Assembly (NCBI GenBank): GCA_050011565.1
Contig: JBEKIW010000002.1
Location: forward strand, 288,001-352,000
Length of the DNA: 64,000 nt
Direction of reading: 5' to 3'
Source of the DNA: Dehalococcoidia bacterium
GTDB taxonomy: Bacteria > Chloroflexota > Dehalococcoidia > GIF9 > UBA5629
Shown: positions 51,225-63,331 of the stretch, piece by piece
Layout of the letters: each line of letters opens with the position of its first letter
Numbering within the stretch: position 1 is the first letter of the stretch
Translations under genes and position numbers: made by a program
The notes under the pieces: model-generated
Database searches by the model: none
What the model was told of the DNA's origin: nothing
Seen by the model: only the letters and a program-made list of their open reading frames with translations

Positions 51225-52454
51225 TCATCTATGGTTACTGCGCCTATTTGAGGTAGAAGGCTTATTTTGGCTGGGGCTGGCAGGGCTTGGGGCCGTATTG
51301 TTATCGCTTTGGATGGTAGTCTGGCTGGTACCTCCGGTACCTGTATTTCCCTGGTTCTGAGTTACATTATCGCTCTTGGAGGTGGTGTCCTTATCGCCCG
51401 ACCAGCTTTTTATGTTATCGAGAGCTTTCTGCCAATCATCTTTAGCTGGCTCCGCTGCCTTTTCCTTGGCACCTTGCAAAGCTGTTACGCCCTTTGAGGT
51501 GCTTTTATTTAAAGATATTATCAGTTTTTCAGTCTTGGCAGATTTACCTTTATCACGCGTGGCAGTTGGCGGCGGCTGCGTTTCCGTGGATGGGGGCGTA
51601 GTAATCGCAGGCGGCGTGGTATTCTCGGTCGGCGTTATAACCGCAGGCGGCGTAGTAGTTGTAGTCGGCGTGGTATTCTCGGTCGGCGTTATAACCGCAG
51701 GCGGCGTAGTAGTTGTAGTCGGCGTGGTATTCTCGGTCGGCGTTATAACCGCAGGAGGTGGGGTAATCGCAGGCGGCGTAGTAACCACAGGCGGCGTAGT
51801 AACCACAGGCGGCGTGGTAACCACAGGCGGCAATGTCGCGGTAGGAGGTACAATAACTGGCGGGGGCTCGGTACCTTCTGTCTTGATTATGGCGGCCATA
51901 GCCTTTTCAAACTGGTCATTATACCTGTCGGCTGCCTTGGCAGCCTCCTCGGTCTTACCCGCATTGGCCATGGCTTCCAATTCGGCAGCCCTAATATTGG
52001 CCAGTTCGGTTTCAACTTGAGCTTTTTGGGTATCGGAAACCGCAAGTGCCACCCGCACCTGTTCCGTTGCCAGCTTTACCGGGTAGAGTGGTTGGTCAGG
52101 TAACGCCTGTGACGAGGCCGCCATAGTGCTGCCGGTGGTCAGCAGGAGTACAATGCCAGCACTTACAGCTACCGCCCAGCCATGCCGCAGCCATGTGGAA
52201 GCGGCGGGAGTTTCGGCCCTGGCTTGTTGCCGTGGATAACGCTGCGCTGATTCAATACGTACTTGCGCCCAGTGTTTAAATTCAGGGCGAGGGTGGATAT
52301 AGGAAATCCTCCGGCCTATGTCGAAGGTGGTTCTAAGCAGCGGCTCGAGCTGCGCACGATATTGCGGATAGCTCCTGAGGCAGCTCTCAAGGCTTTCGCC
52401 CGAGCGTATCCGCTCATAGCATTCATTGAATATATCGTCTAATTTACTAGCCAT
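51225..52454 (-). CDS. Putative anti-sigma factor (DUF5667-like) with Pro/Thr-rich linker
   Basis: Overlaps the ECF sigma stop; TM helix, then ALPDQPLYPVKLATE; PT repeats. Confidence 0.75.
   Translation of the reverse strand: MASKLDDIFNECYERIRSGESLESCLRSYPQYRAQLEPLLRTTFDIGRRISYIHPRPEFKHWAQVRIESAQRYPRQQARAETPAASTWLRHGWAVAVSAGIVLLLTTGSTMAASSQALPDQPLYPVKLATEQVRVALAVSDTQKAQVETELANIRAAELEAMANAGKTEEAAKAADRYNDQFEKAMAAIIKTEGTEPPPVIVPPTATLPPVVTTPPVVTTPPVVTTPPAITPPPAVITPTENTTPTTTTTPPAVITPTENTTPTTTTTPPAVITPTENTTPPAITTPPSTETQPPPTATRDKGKSAKTEKLIISLNKSTSKGVTALQGAKEKAAEPAKDDWQKALDNIKSWSGDKDTTSKSDNVTQNQGNTGTGGTSQTTIQSDNNTAPSPASPSQNKPSTSNRRSNHR
51613..51828. repeat. Intragenic tandem repeats (54 bp x ~2.7; 18 bp x 3)
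   Basis: GGCGTGGTATTCTCGGTCGGCGTTATAACCGCAGG at 51613, 51667 and 51721; GGCGTRGTAACCACAGGC x3. Confidence 0.85.
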
Positions 52455-52989
52455 CTAATTTTCCGTAAAGTGCCTTTCTTAATGAAGCCGTGGCATTGAA
52501 CTGCAATGCCTTGACTGTCCCCTCGCTTTTGCCCAGTGTTCTGGCTACCTCGGCAATCGATAATTGCCCTATAAAACGCAGGGTGGCAACATCTCGCTGG
52601 GCCTCCGGCAACTGTTCCAGTGCTACTTTCAGCTGATAAACTTCATAATCCCTTTCTGTCATCTGTATCGGGTCTTCCACACTCCTGGTATAAGCTTCCT
52701 CGAGTGGGGCTCTTTTCTCCTTTGACTGTTTCCGTACATGGTCAATTACCCTGTTATGAGCGATCTTGAATAGCCAGGCGGCAAATGGCAGATCGCGCCA
52801 TTTGTAAGTATTAATCGATTCCAGGGCTCTGATGAATACATCTTGAGTTAAATCCTCAGCCTCGGCTCGATCTCTGACTTTAATATAGATGTATCGATGT
52901 ATTCTGTCAAAGTTCTGGTTGTATAGCTGGGTAAAGGCCGCTTGATTACCATTTACTGCCTGCTGTACTAAATATTCTTCACTTAACAC
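52447..52989 (-). CDS. ECF RNA polymerase sigma factor
   Basis: AFTQLY, AEDLTQDVF, FAAWLFKIAHN, SIAEVARTLGKSEGTVK; probable GTG start at 52989. Confidence 0.92.
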   Translation of the reverse strand: MLSEEYLVQQAVNGNQAAFTQLYNQNFDRIHRYIYIKVRDRAEAEDLTQDVFIRALESINTYKWRDLPFAAWLFKIAHNRVIDHVRKQSKEKRAPLEEAYTRSVEDPIQMTERDYEVYQLKVALEQLPEAQRDVATLRFIGQLSIAEVARTLGKSEGTVKALQFNATASLRKALYGKLDG

Positions 52990-53162
52990 CAGGAGGACCT
53001 CTGGCCTGGCGTCTATTATAATAGAACGTAATATATAAGGAAAACGTTTAGGTGAATTCAGCTTTGAACCAAGGACTTTTGTTCGGAAGCTGGTGGCTCC
53101 GACGAAGCTGGTTGACATACGGGAATATTTTCTGCACAATTCGCGCGAAGGGAGAGGTCAAA

Positions 53163-53930
53163 ATGCATGATTGGGCTGAGCTAGGTACAGAATTGGAGAA
53201 CAAATTGCGTCTCAAGACAAAGATTATTGCCTACCGAAGATTCGATAAAGCTGAGGAACTTGACACAATAAAGAACGTTATAAGAATCGATCGGTTTTTC
53301 ACCTTCTGCCAGGTTCCTTTTATGGTGAGGGTTAATGGCATTACGGTGGGCATCACCAGGGAGGATAAGATACAAGATCGATGCTCCAGGCTTTTCGGTC
53401 TGAAGCAAGCTACTGAGAAAAGCATGAATGCCGAGGCAGCTATGCTGTCCACCACCTGGTTTCGCTCACCTGAAGAAGCTTTGCAGCAACAGGGCGATTA
53501 TTATCGTATTCCTGTCGGCGGCGCTGTAGTCCTGGCTCCTTTGACGAAGCAGAAATTTGAGCCAGAAGTTCTTCTCATCTACGGTAATCCAGCCCAGATA
53601 ATGATGATTCTGTGCGGTCTCCAGAAAGTAAAGTACGAACGCTTCTCGTTCTCGTTCATCGGCGAAGGGGCTTGCACCGATTCACTGGCCCAATGCTATG
53701 TCACCGGCAAACCAGCGGTGAGCATACCATGCTATGGTGAGAGATCCATGGGTGGTGTGTCAGATGATGAGATAGCGATAGCCCTGCCCCCTAGCGAGTT
53801 AGCGCGGACCATTTCAGGATTGAAGGAACTTGCCAAAATAGGGTTCAAATACCCGATTAACTCCATAGGACCTTTGCTCGACCCTACTCCATTACTGAGT
53901 GGCATATATTCTGAGACTGCTAAGCGCTGA
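53163..53930 (+). CDS. DUF169-family protein
   Basis: FCQ, APL....EPEVLLIYGNPAQ, GEGAC, IPCYGER; GGAGAGG before ATG 53163. Confidence 0.85.
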   Translation: MHDWAELGTELENKLRLKTKIIAYRRFDKAEELDTIKNVIRIDRFFTFCQVPFMVRVNGITVGITREDKIQDRCSRLFGLKQATEKSMNAEAAMLSTTWFRSPEEALQQQGDYYRIPVGGAVVLAPLTKQKFEPEVLLIYGNPAQIMMILCGLQKVKYERFSFSFIGEGACTDSLAQCYVTGKPAVSIPCYGERSMGGVSDDEIAIALPPSELARTISGLKELAKIGFKYPINSIGPLLDPTPLLSGIYSETAKR

Positions 53931-53979
53931 TAAAACAAGCTTAAACGTCAGCGATACATGCTGTGTCCGGTTGGCTACT

Positions 53980-54993
<1,014 letters not shown>

Positions 54994-55021
54994 TTATTCC
55001 TCCTGCTTTTATTGTAATACG

Positions 55022-55465
55022 TTAGCCATTTTTCTTCTTATAACTGGCCGTGATTTTCGTGCCAATGCCGCCTCTTACATTCCACGCTGCCGTTATCTCC
55101 ATCCCTTTCGGCTTCACGGCATTGACCAGTTCGTCAAGTATCCGGTTGGTCGCCTCTTCAAAAAATATTTCCACCATCCTATAGCTGGCCAGATAGAATT
55201 TCAGCGACTTTAACTCGATTATCTGCTTATCGGGGACATATTTTATGGTAAGCGTGGCATAGTCGGGCTGTCCCGGATTAAGCGGGCAAAGAGTGGTGAA
55301 TTCGCTGGTAACCATTTCCTCCTCATACGACCTGTCGGGGTAAGGATTGGGCATGGCTACCAAAAGCTCTTTTTGAGGATAAGATTTATATTTGAGCTTG
55401 AGGCTTCGAACCTTCTTTTTAACGTCGTCCAATGTTCTAACCTCCTGCCCAATAGAGGTCGACAT
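55022..55465 (-). CDS. queF: 7-cyano-7-deazaguanine reductase, short unimodular type
   Basis: EFTTLCP...QPDYA, ELKSLKFY, RGGI; start uncertain. Confidence 0.85.
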   Translation of the reverse strand: MSTSIGQEVRTLDDVKKKVRSLKLKYKSYPQKELLVAMPNPYPDRSYEEEMVTSEFTTLCPLNPGQPDYATLTIKYVPDKQIIELKSLKFYLASYRMVEIFFEEATNRILDELVNAVKPKGMEITAAWNVRGGIGTKITASYKKKNG

Positions 55466-56429
55466 TCTCTTTGACTACTTTCTCCGCCTTGCTTTCGATC
55501 ACAAGTAGCTTGAGGTGAGCCAGTGTCTCCATAACGGCCAGTCGCTTATCAAAGGCGGATAGCTTGTTAAAAGGAACTGACTCGCCGCCTGGCATCCACG
55601 GGATCTCGGTAGCTATCTGATAGGCGCTCTTGGTGTCGTTCTCTATGATTCTAATTATGGCCCGCTGCCGCTGTTCGTGATAATAGTATAATTCGCCGAG
55701 CCTTAGCTTGAAGCCGCTGAAAACAGAACCGTGGCCGGGGAAAATAAAGTTGACCTCCAGCTTACTCAGCGCCTCTAATGATTTAAAAAAGTCGCCCAGC
55801 GGATTGTCTCCTGATTGCGGATGAAAACCGACGTGAGGAAATATATCCGGCAGTATGTGGTCGCCCGAAAAGAAGAGCTTTCGTTTCGGCTCATAGAGGC
55901 AAATATGTCCCGGCGAATGTCCCGGGGTCAGCACTACCTTGAACTCTGAAGAGGCAACTGTGATTTTGTCGCCGTCTTTCAGTATGATATCGGGCTTAAC
56001 CACTCCTACGAATTGCTTCACCGCCATGGAGGCTTCGGCCAGTTCAGTTAAGTCTGCCTCAGGTACACCATTGGATACCAAAAGCTGCTTTACCTGCTTT
56101 ATCAGTGCATCGGTTTTTCCGTACCGCGAATCAATAAATTTTGCCTCAATATCGCTAAGCGCCACCTTGGCGCCGGACATCTGTTTAAGCTTATCCACCA
56201 GGCCGTAATGGTCAGGGTGGACGTGAGTAGCTGCAATCACGGTGATATCTTTAAATCCGAAGCCGCTGAATTTGAGGGCATCTCTCAAAGCGCCAAAGGC
56301 CTCAGGCGTGTCAAAGCCGGTATCAATCAGCAAATTACCCTGGGTGCCTTCTATCAGGTATATGTTCATGTGGTCTAAGGCTCCCGGTAGCGGTACTTTT
56401 ATCTGATGGACTCCCTGGACTATTTCCAT
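55437..56429 (-). CDS. MBL-fold metallo-hydrolase with C-terminal winged helix
   Basis: THVHPDHYG, TPGHSPGH, SGDH, PGHG, ETLAHL. Confidence 0.9.
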   Translation of the reverse strand: MEIVQGVHQIKVPLPGALDHMNIYLIEGTQGNLLIDTGFDTPEAFGALRDALKFSGFGFKDITVIAATHVHPDHYGLVDKLKQMSGAKVALSDIEAKFIDSRYGKTDALIKQVKQLLVSNGVPEADLTELAEASMAVKQFVGVVKPDIILKDGDKITVASSEFKVVLTPGHSPGHICLYEPKRKLFFSGDHILPDIFPHVGFHPQSGDNPLGDFFKSLEALSKLEVNFIFPGHGSVFSGFKLRLGELYYYHEQRQRAIIRIIENDTKSAYQIATEIPWMPGGESVPFNKLSAFDKRLAVMETLAHLKLLVIESKAEKVVKENVDLYWAGG

Positions 56430-56438
56430 TTTGCCCCC

Positions 56439-58275
<1,837 letters not shown>

Positions 58276-58400
58276 TATATCATTGGAGTCTGGCAGCGGC
58301 AAAGAGGCTGCACCACAACCGGGAAATTGCTAATCAGTTAATGGAGGAGTAAAATTCGGCAGTGCCTGAATGGCGCTTGATGCAGAAATTGGAGGGTAAA

Positions 58401-58913
58401 GTGTTTAAATTTGGCCGTATTACGTTGATAGTTATCTTGCTTATGGCCGTGGTTCTAACGGGATGCAATTCGGCATCCACTGGCGGCGGAGCCAAGAACG
58501 GCGATACCGTTCAGGTGAACTATACGGGAAAGCTGGCAGACGGCACCGTATTTGATTCATCGGTGGGACGTGACCCCTTGGAGTTTACTTTAGGTGCAGG
58601 TAATATGATTCCCGGGTTTGAAAAAGCTGTCCTGGGAATGAAAGTCGGGGAAAAGAAAACCGTTACCATCCCATCGGATGAGGCTTATGGGCCACATCTT
58701 GACGAGCTGGTGATAGGAGTGAGCCGGGACAGACTTCCCGCCGACACAGAGCCAAAGGTCGGCCAGATGTTGAGTGCGACCGGACAGAATGGCGAGGCAA
58801 TTAGATTTACTATCACCGGCATCTCTGACAACGGTACAGTCACCCTGGATGCTAACCATCCTCTTGCCGGCAAAGACCTGACTTTTGATATCGAGCTGGT
58901 GAAGATAAAATAA
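58401..58913 (+). CDS. FKBP-type peptidyl-prolyl isomerase (SlyD/FkpB-like) with lipoprotein signal
   Basis: GGAGG RBS, GTG 58401; lipobox VLTGC; YTGKLADGTVFDSS, DANHPLAGKDLTF. Confidence 0.9.
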   Translation: MFKFGRITLIVILLMAVVLTGCNSASTGGGAKNGDTVQVNYTGKLADGTVFDSSVGRDPLEFTLGAGNMIPGFEKAVLGMKVGEKKTVTIPSDEAYGPHLDELVIGVSRDRLPADTEPKVGQMLSATGQNGEAIRFTITGISDNGTVTLDANHPLAGKDLTFDIELVKIK

Positions 58914-59053
58914 AGCCAACATAAAAGATAGTGAATAAACAAAACGATTTGCTGTTTTGTTAGCATAGCCAGTTAATGCTATTTTCACGATGCTTTGTCT
59001 GTATGCACTCTAAAAAACATTAATTTTTGAGGTAATACGGAAGGAGTCATTAA

Positions 59054-59221
59054 GTGACGGAAGAAAGCAAACATAGTGTGCATCATACGGCATCGAGCCT
59101 TGCTGGAACTGTTTGGTTCATGGGCTGGCTATTCACTATTGGTTATGCCAATCTGATTTGGTGGAAAATTATACTGGCTGTGGTTGTCTGGCCATACTAC
59201 CTGGGGCTAGCAATACGATAG
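59054..59221 (+). CDS. Small Trp-rich membrane protein, 55 aa, not in ORF track
   Basis: AAGGAG RBS, GTG start; MTEESKHSVHHTASSLAGTVWFMGWLFTIGYANLIWWKIILAVVVWPYYLGLAIR*. Confidence 0.75.
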   Translation: MTEESKHSVHHTASSLAGTVWFMGWLFTIGYANLIWWKIILAVVVWPYYLGLAIR

Positions 59222-59232
59222 ACAGCTCGTAT

Positions 59233-59814
59233 TCAGTTAAACTTGTTCATGGCGGCGGTTATGCCGTCGGTCAGGATGGACTGGATGGCTTTGGCTACCT
59301 GGGCGATGGCGGCCTTGATTATATCGTCTTCTCGAGGGGTGAAGTCGCTGAGCACGTAGTTGACAATAGCGTCCTCATCGGTGATTGCCGTGCCGTCTTC
59401 TTCGGTCGGGCGGCCGATGCCTACCTTGATGCGGCAGAAATCTTTGCTTCCCAGAGCCGAGATTATCGAGTTTATCCCTTTGTGTCCCCCAGCGCTACCA
59501 CCGGGGCGGAGGCGCAGCCTGCCCAAGGGCAAATCGAGGTCATCACATATAACAATCAGGTCGTTTACCTGGATTTTGTATTTGCGCATCAGTCGCCCAA
59601 CCGCCTCACCGCTTAGATTGACGAAGGTCTTGGGTTTAGCCAGCAGTACTTCCACGCCGGCTATTTTACCGCTGCCGACTTGAGACTGGCACTGGTGCCC
59701 TTTCATGGATATGGAATGGAGCCTGGCCAGATGGTTTATGCAGCGGAAGCCGATATTGTGGCGGTTACCGGCATAAATGCTGCCCGGATTGCCCAGACCT
59801 ACAATTAGTTTCAA
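59233..59814 (-). CDS. pth: Peptidyl-tRNA hydrolase
   Basis: VGLGNPG, RHNIGF, KPKTFVNLSG, GSAGGHKG, GIGRP. Confidence 0.97.
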   Translation of the reverse strand: MKLIVGLGNPGSIYAGNRHNIGFRCINHLARLHSISMKGHQCQSQVGSGKIAGVEVLLAKPKTFVNLSGEAVGRLMRKYKIQVNDLIVICDDLDLPLGRLRLRPGGSAGGHKGINSIISALGSKDFCRIKVGIGRPTEEDGTAITDEDAIVNYVLSDFTPREDDIIKAAIAQVAKAIQSILTDGITAAMNKFN

Positions 59815-60129
59815 TTTTGTGCACCCCTCACCCTGCCCTCTCCCCTTGTCAAGTAGCCCCGTGCATAATGTTATGTCAATAATACCTGAAACGAGGAGAG
59901 AAGATGATTAATAATACCAGATGTTGCCGACTTTGGGCTAGGTTCTCAATACAATAGCTTAGGGATGTGCGAAACTACATTCGAAACTCACTTATGATCC
60001 ATATTAGTATTACGTACCTCAATACTTTCGATAGTATATTTGAGCGTTCTATAAAGCATATCTAAATCCTCTATAAATTCATTCACCTATTGTAAGATAC
60101 CTTTATTTGACATTATGTAAAGAGTACTC

Positions 60130-60158
60130 TTGACTTATGCCAAATCTTAATTTACTAT
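60130..60158 (+). promoter_or_regulatory. Sigma70-type promoter of the cargo gene
   Basis: TTGACT-N17-TACTAT; palindrome AAGAGTACTCTT (60120-60131) abuts the -35. Confidence 0.55.
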
Positions 60159-60207
60159 AGACTCTAAATCAAAGCCACAAAAAGCAATTAAGCTGAAGAG
60201 ATCATAC

Positions 60208-61872
60208 ATGGTAGAACAGTTCTCGGTTTTCCAAATGCGCAGCACTACAGACTGGGAAAGTCTAGTAAGGTTCTTATTGAAGAACGGGACACCCGCCGTC
60301 TCAACTAACCTAAGACCTGCTATTGAGATCTTTAATCTTTTACGTCTTCGTGGGTGTCTCTCAGTTATAATTGAAGATCCTTATTTGGATGAAGATCACC
60401 GACGGTGTCATGCTCGGCTGCATAATCTTGCCCAGTCAGCCATGTCGCGATATTGTAGGCGACTGCATTTTTTCTCCAAAGAAGTGCAACTATCTGACCT
60501 AAGAAATCTACCTGAGACTTGTCACAAACAATACATGGGGATGTGTGTATGGAGACCCATCAATGCTTTCCCCGTTGGACGTACAATCTTATCTGCCAAA
60601 AACGTAATTGCACCAGTAGGCAAAAATTGGGAACCATACCTAACGTGTAGTACGAAATATGAAATAAATATGGCAGGCAACATATTGGCAGTAAATGGAT
60701 CGCCGTTTATCCAACAGGATCACATGGTTGCAGCTTGTGCTACTGCAGCTATATGGATGGCAAACTGGTATATGAGTACTCAGTATGATGAGTTCACTAC
60801 ATACTATAGCCCACAAATAACCGAAGCAGCGACACGCTATGATCTCTCTTTTGGGCGGGCTATTCCTTCGGAAGGGTTACATAATGGACAGATACTAGAA
60901 GCTTTCAGGGCACTTGGTTATGATCCTATTGCATATGATTTACTCAAAACTTCCGCTACTGTTTCTAGACGTCTACTCTATAGATTAGTGGAAAGCGGAA
61001 TCCCCACGGTAGCTGGGCTTGTTGAACCGGAGGGTGGGCATGCTATCACCGTTTTCGGACATGCATTAGACATGGATATTGACCCGCCACTCCATACGTT
61101 TCCCGAAAGATCACGTTCAATTAGGGCTGTAAAATATATTGACTCATCTGACTATAGCCAAGCCTTCCTAGTTAACGATGATGCAATGGGGCCTTATCGT
61201 TGGATGGAATTAAAAGATACAAACGAGATAACGGAAGAGAACTTAAGAGGGATTTACCCAACTAGTCGTAGCCTCAATGCAGCAAAACGTTTCCTCGATG
61301 AGCTTGCTAGTAGAGACATCACTACTACTGCGATATTCAGTAACAGCTCCGGTCAACCGGAATTCATTGCGGGGATTGATTTTCTTGCTGCACCATTGCC
61401 GACTGCTATTACATTATCACCAAAGGACGCCCAAGATAAAGCGTTAGCAGTATTTCACACTCTAATACCTAGTGATTCGGGAACCCTTCCGACGCTTGCT
61501 GTACGCACCTATCTTACAGAATCCAATACATTCAAAGAACACATCGGCAAGGTAGCCAACCCGAACTCAGATTTTGCATGGTGGTTACGTAGCTTGTATT
61601 ACCCAAAATGGATCTGGGTCACGGAATTCAGCACTTATCAAAATAATAGAACCCCAATAGGCCGACAGGTGGTTGCATCTATCGTGATAGATTCCTCTGC
61701 ACCACGTGACACCTTGCATTTTGTTTTAGTGCATATTGGTGGCTGGGTTATTCATATAAGCAAAGATCAACAGAATGTGATACAAGTTGTTAAAGATATG
61801 GCAATGAATAGGCTTCCACTTTTAATTGACAATAACTTCGTCCCTTACGTTCAACTAGAGAGAAAAAATTAG
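60208..61872 (+). CDS. Putative papain-like (C39-related) cysteine protease-fold protein
   Basis: FIQQD....ACATAAIW (Gln, Cys), GHAITVFG (His), VNDDAMGPY (Asp). Confidence 0.6.
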   Translation: MVEQFSVFQMRSTTDWESLVRFLLKNGTPAVSTNLRPAIEIFNLLRLRGCLSVIIEDPYLDEDHRRCHARLHNLAQSAMSRYCRRLHFFSKEVQLSDLRNLPETCHKQYMGMCVWRPINAFPVGRTILSAKNVIAPVGKNWEPYLTCSTKYEINMAGNILAVNGSPFIQQDHMVAACATAAIWMANWYMSTQYDEFTTYYSPQITEAATRYDLSFGRAIPSEGLHNGQILEAFRALGYDPIAYDLLKTSATVSRRLLYRLVESGIPTVAGLVEPEGGHAITVFGHALDMDIDPPLHTFPERSRSIRAVKYIDSSDYSQAFLVNDDAMGPYRWMELKDTNEITEENLRGIYPTSRSLNAAKRFLDELASRDITTTAIFSNSSGQPEFIAGIDFLAAPLPTAITLSPKDAQDKALAVFHTLIPSDSGTLPTLAVRTYLTESNTFKEHIGKVANPNSDFAWWLRSLYYPKWIWVTEFSTYQNNRTPIGRQVVASIVIDSSAPRDTLHFVLVHIGGWVIHISKDQQNVIQVVKDMAMNRLPLLIDNNFVPYVQLERKN

Positions 61873-61896
61873 CAGGAGACAATTGTCTCCTGCTAA
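61869..61896. terminator. Bidirectional terminator
   Basis: TTAGCAGGAGAC-AATT-GTCTCCTGCTAA between convergent ORFs. Confidence 0.8.
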
Positions 61897-61924
61897 AAGG
61901 TTTCTGCTAATCGCCGTTTGTTTA

Positions 61925-62095
61925 TTACTTTGTGTTAGGACGTCCTAGTGTCTTTGCAGAAACGCCTGTACGTTCTGCTTCTTTGCCCTTATTTGCCACA
62001 CTTAGAGCTTTTAATGCCTTCGTTGCTCTCCTGTCAATTCCCCGCACAATAGCTTTTGGGTCTGGACGATTTAAGACCATTGTAGTTAAAGCCAC
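61925..62095 (-). CDS. Small basic hypothetical protein (51-56 aa), not in ORF track
   Basis: AGAGGTGA RBS; (VALTT)MVLNRPDPKAIVRGIDRRATKALKALSVANKGKEAERTGVSAKTLGRPNTK*. Confidence 0.45.
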   Translation of the reverse strand: MALTTMVLNRPDPKAIVRGIDRRATKALKALSVANKGKEAERTGVSAKTLGRPNTK

Positions 62096-62435
62096 AACTC
62101 ACCTCTTTCTGATTTGTTCCTTATTGCCGCTGCCGACACAATTTGCTTTCGTATTATACACCCATTTGTCAAGAGGTCAAGCCCTTCAAATTTGCCAAAA
62201 TCCAAATCTTGTACTTTAGTACTATATTCATGAAATAGGCCAAGGTATTTTACTATTATACACAATAAAATTACAAAAATAATATTTTTTCAAGACTATC
62301 TAATCATACATTGAAGTTGACAAACAACTGATAAGGTGGTAATCTATTATTCTAACCATCTAATATTATATATTAACAAAAAATCATACTTTTGTCAATA
62401 TACACTGGTATAAACGTAAACTGATAAACGTCAAG

Positions 62436-62642
62436 ATGGACAGACTATCTGCCGAACAATCCCAATCAGACAAATTTTCCAAAGGGTCAAGGCGTCCACA
62501 GACTTTTAAATTGTCAATGGGTTTAATAAAACGACTAGGACATTACGTAGTAGACCGTAGCAGCAAAGATAGTCGCCGCATAGAGAAGTCTGAAATAGCA
62601 GAACAGGCGATAGGCGAGTTCCTAAATAAAGAAGGTTATTAG
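62436..62642 (+). CDS. Ribbon-helix-helix-like DNA-binding protein
   Basis: PQTFKLS..LIKRL...KSEIAEQAIGEFL; upstream TTGACA-N17-TAATCT (62317-62345). Confidence 0.6.
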   Translation: MDRLSAEQSQSDKFSKGSRRPQTFKLSMGLIKRLGHYVVDRSSKDSRRIEKSEIAEQAIGEFLNKEGY

Positions 62643-62674
62643 GGTTTATCTCGTTCAAATATCGTACTTAGCCA

Positions 62675-63168
62675 TTAACCAACCTGCCTAACACATTCTC
62701 TTATATCCTCTACTCGGCCATCTTTTGCTTTGGCTAGGGCTAGCGCTTGCATAACCAGTACCGACAAAGTTGTATGAGCATTCAGCCGGTCAAAACCCCG
62801 GAAACAGTGCTCCTCTAATCTACGTGTCTGTTTCAGCCTGGAAAAGACACGTTCCGAAGAAGAGCGCTTGCGGTAAAGTGTAGTCCATTCATCTGTTCCA
62901 CGTTTAACTGTATGGCCAAATCGGCGATAATCTTGCCCCTGATTAAGCCAGATCATCTTAAGCCCACATTTCTCAGGCAAAGGGCAAGTGGCTCTCCCGG
63001 CCTTTTCAGGACATTGGTATTGATACAACCCTTTTTTATTATCCCTGCTTCTAAATATGAGCGGTAATCCCGCTGGGCAGCATGGTTTTGATGAGGACCC
63101 TGTCAGCTCTGGCATTGTCCCTTTTGATCTTGCTGATAATGGAATGACCGGGGATGCCCCAAACTCGT
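62675..63168 (-). pseudogene. Truncated, frameshifted DDE transposase (IS5/IS1182-like C-terminus)
   Basis: LYRKRSSSERVFSRLK (Y-R-E-K motif), CPAG, Cys cluster; upstream DEFGASPVIPL in another frame; N-terminal catalytic region absent. Confidence 0.8.
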
Positions 63169-63331
63169 CAACATCTGGTATTATTAATCATCTTCTCTCC
63201 TCGTTTCAGGTATTATTGACATAACATTATGCACGGGGCTACTTGTCAAGGGGAGAGGGAAAGAAGTATGTTGAAAGGGGCTACGCCCCTTTCAATCCCC
63301 ATTAAGTCGCGGAGGTAGCCGATGTCCCCTG

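Larger units (their letters stand above)
59853..63242. mobile_element. Non-autonomous cargo-carrying transposable element, 3390 bp
   Basis: 74-bp perfect terminal inverted repeats (59853-59926 and 63169-63242), flanking direct repeat TTGTCAA (59846-59852 and 63243-63249), AT-rich interior, transposase remnant. Confidence 0.92.

Noticed and set aside
51376-52020. Plus-strand Val/Gly-rich ORF
   Set aside because: Antisense mirror of the Pro/Thr repeats in the anti-sigma gene.
59113-59683. Plus-strand ORFs 59113-59616 and 59360-59683
   Set aside because: They overlap pth in antisense; the real plus-strand gene is the short ORF 59054-59221.
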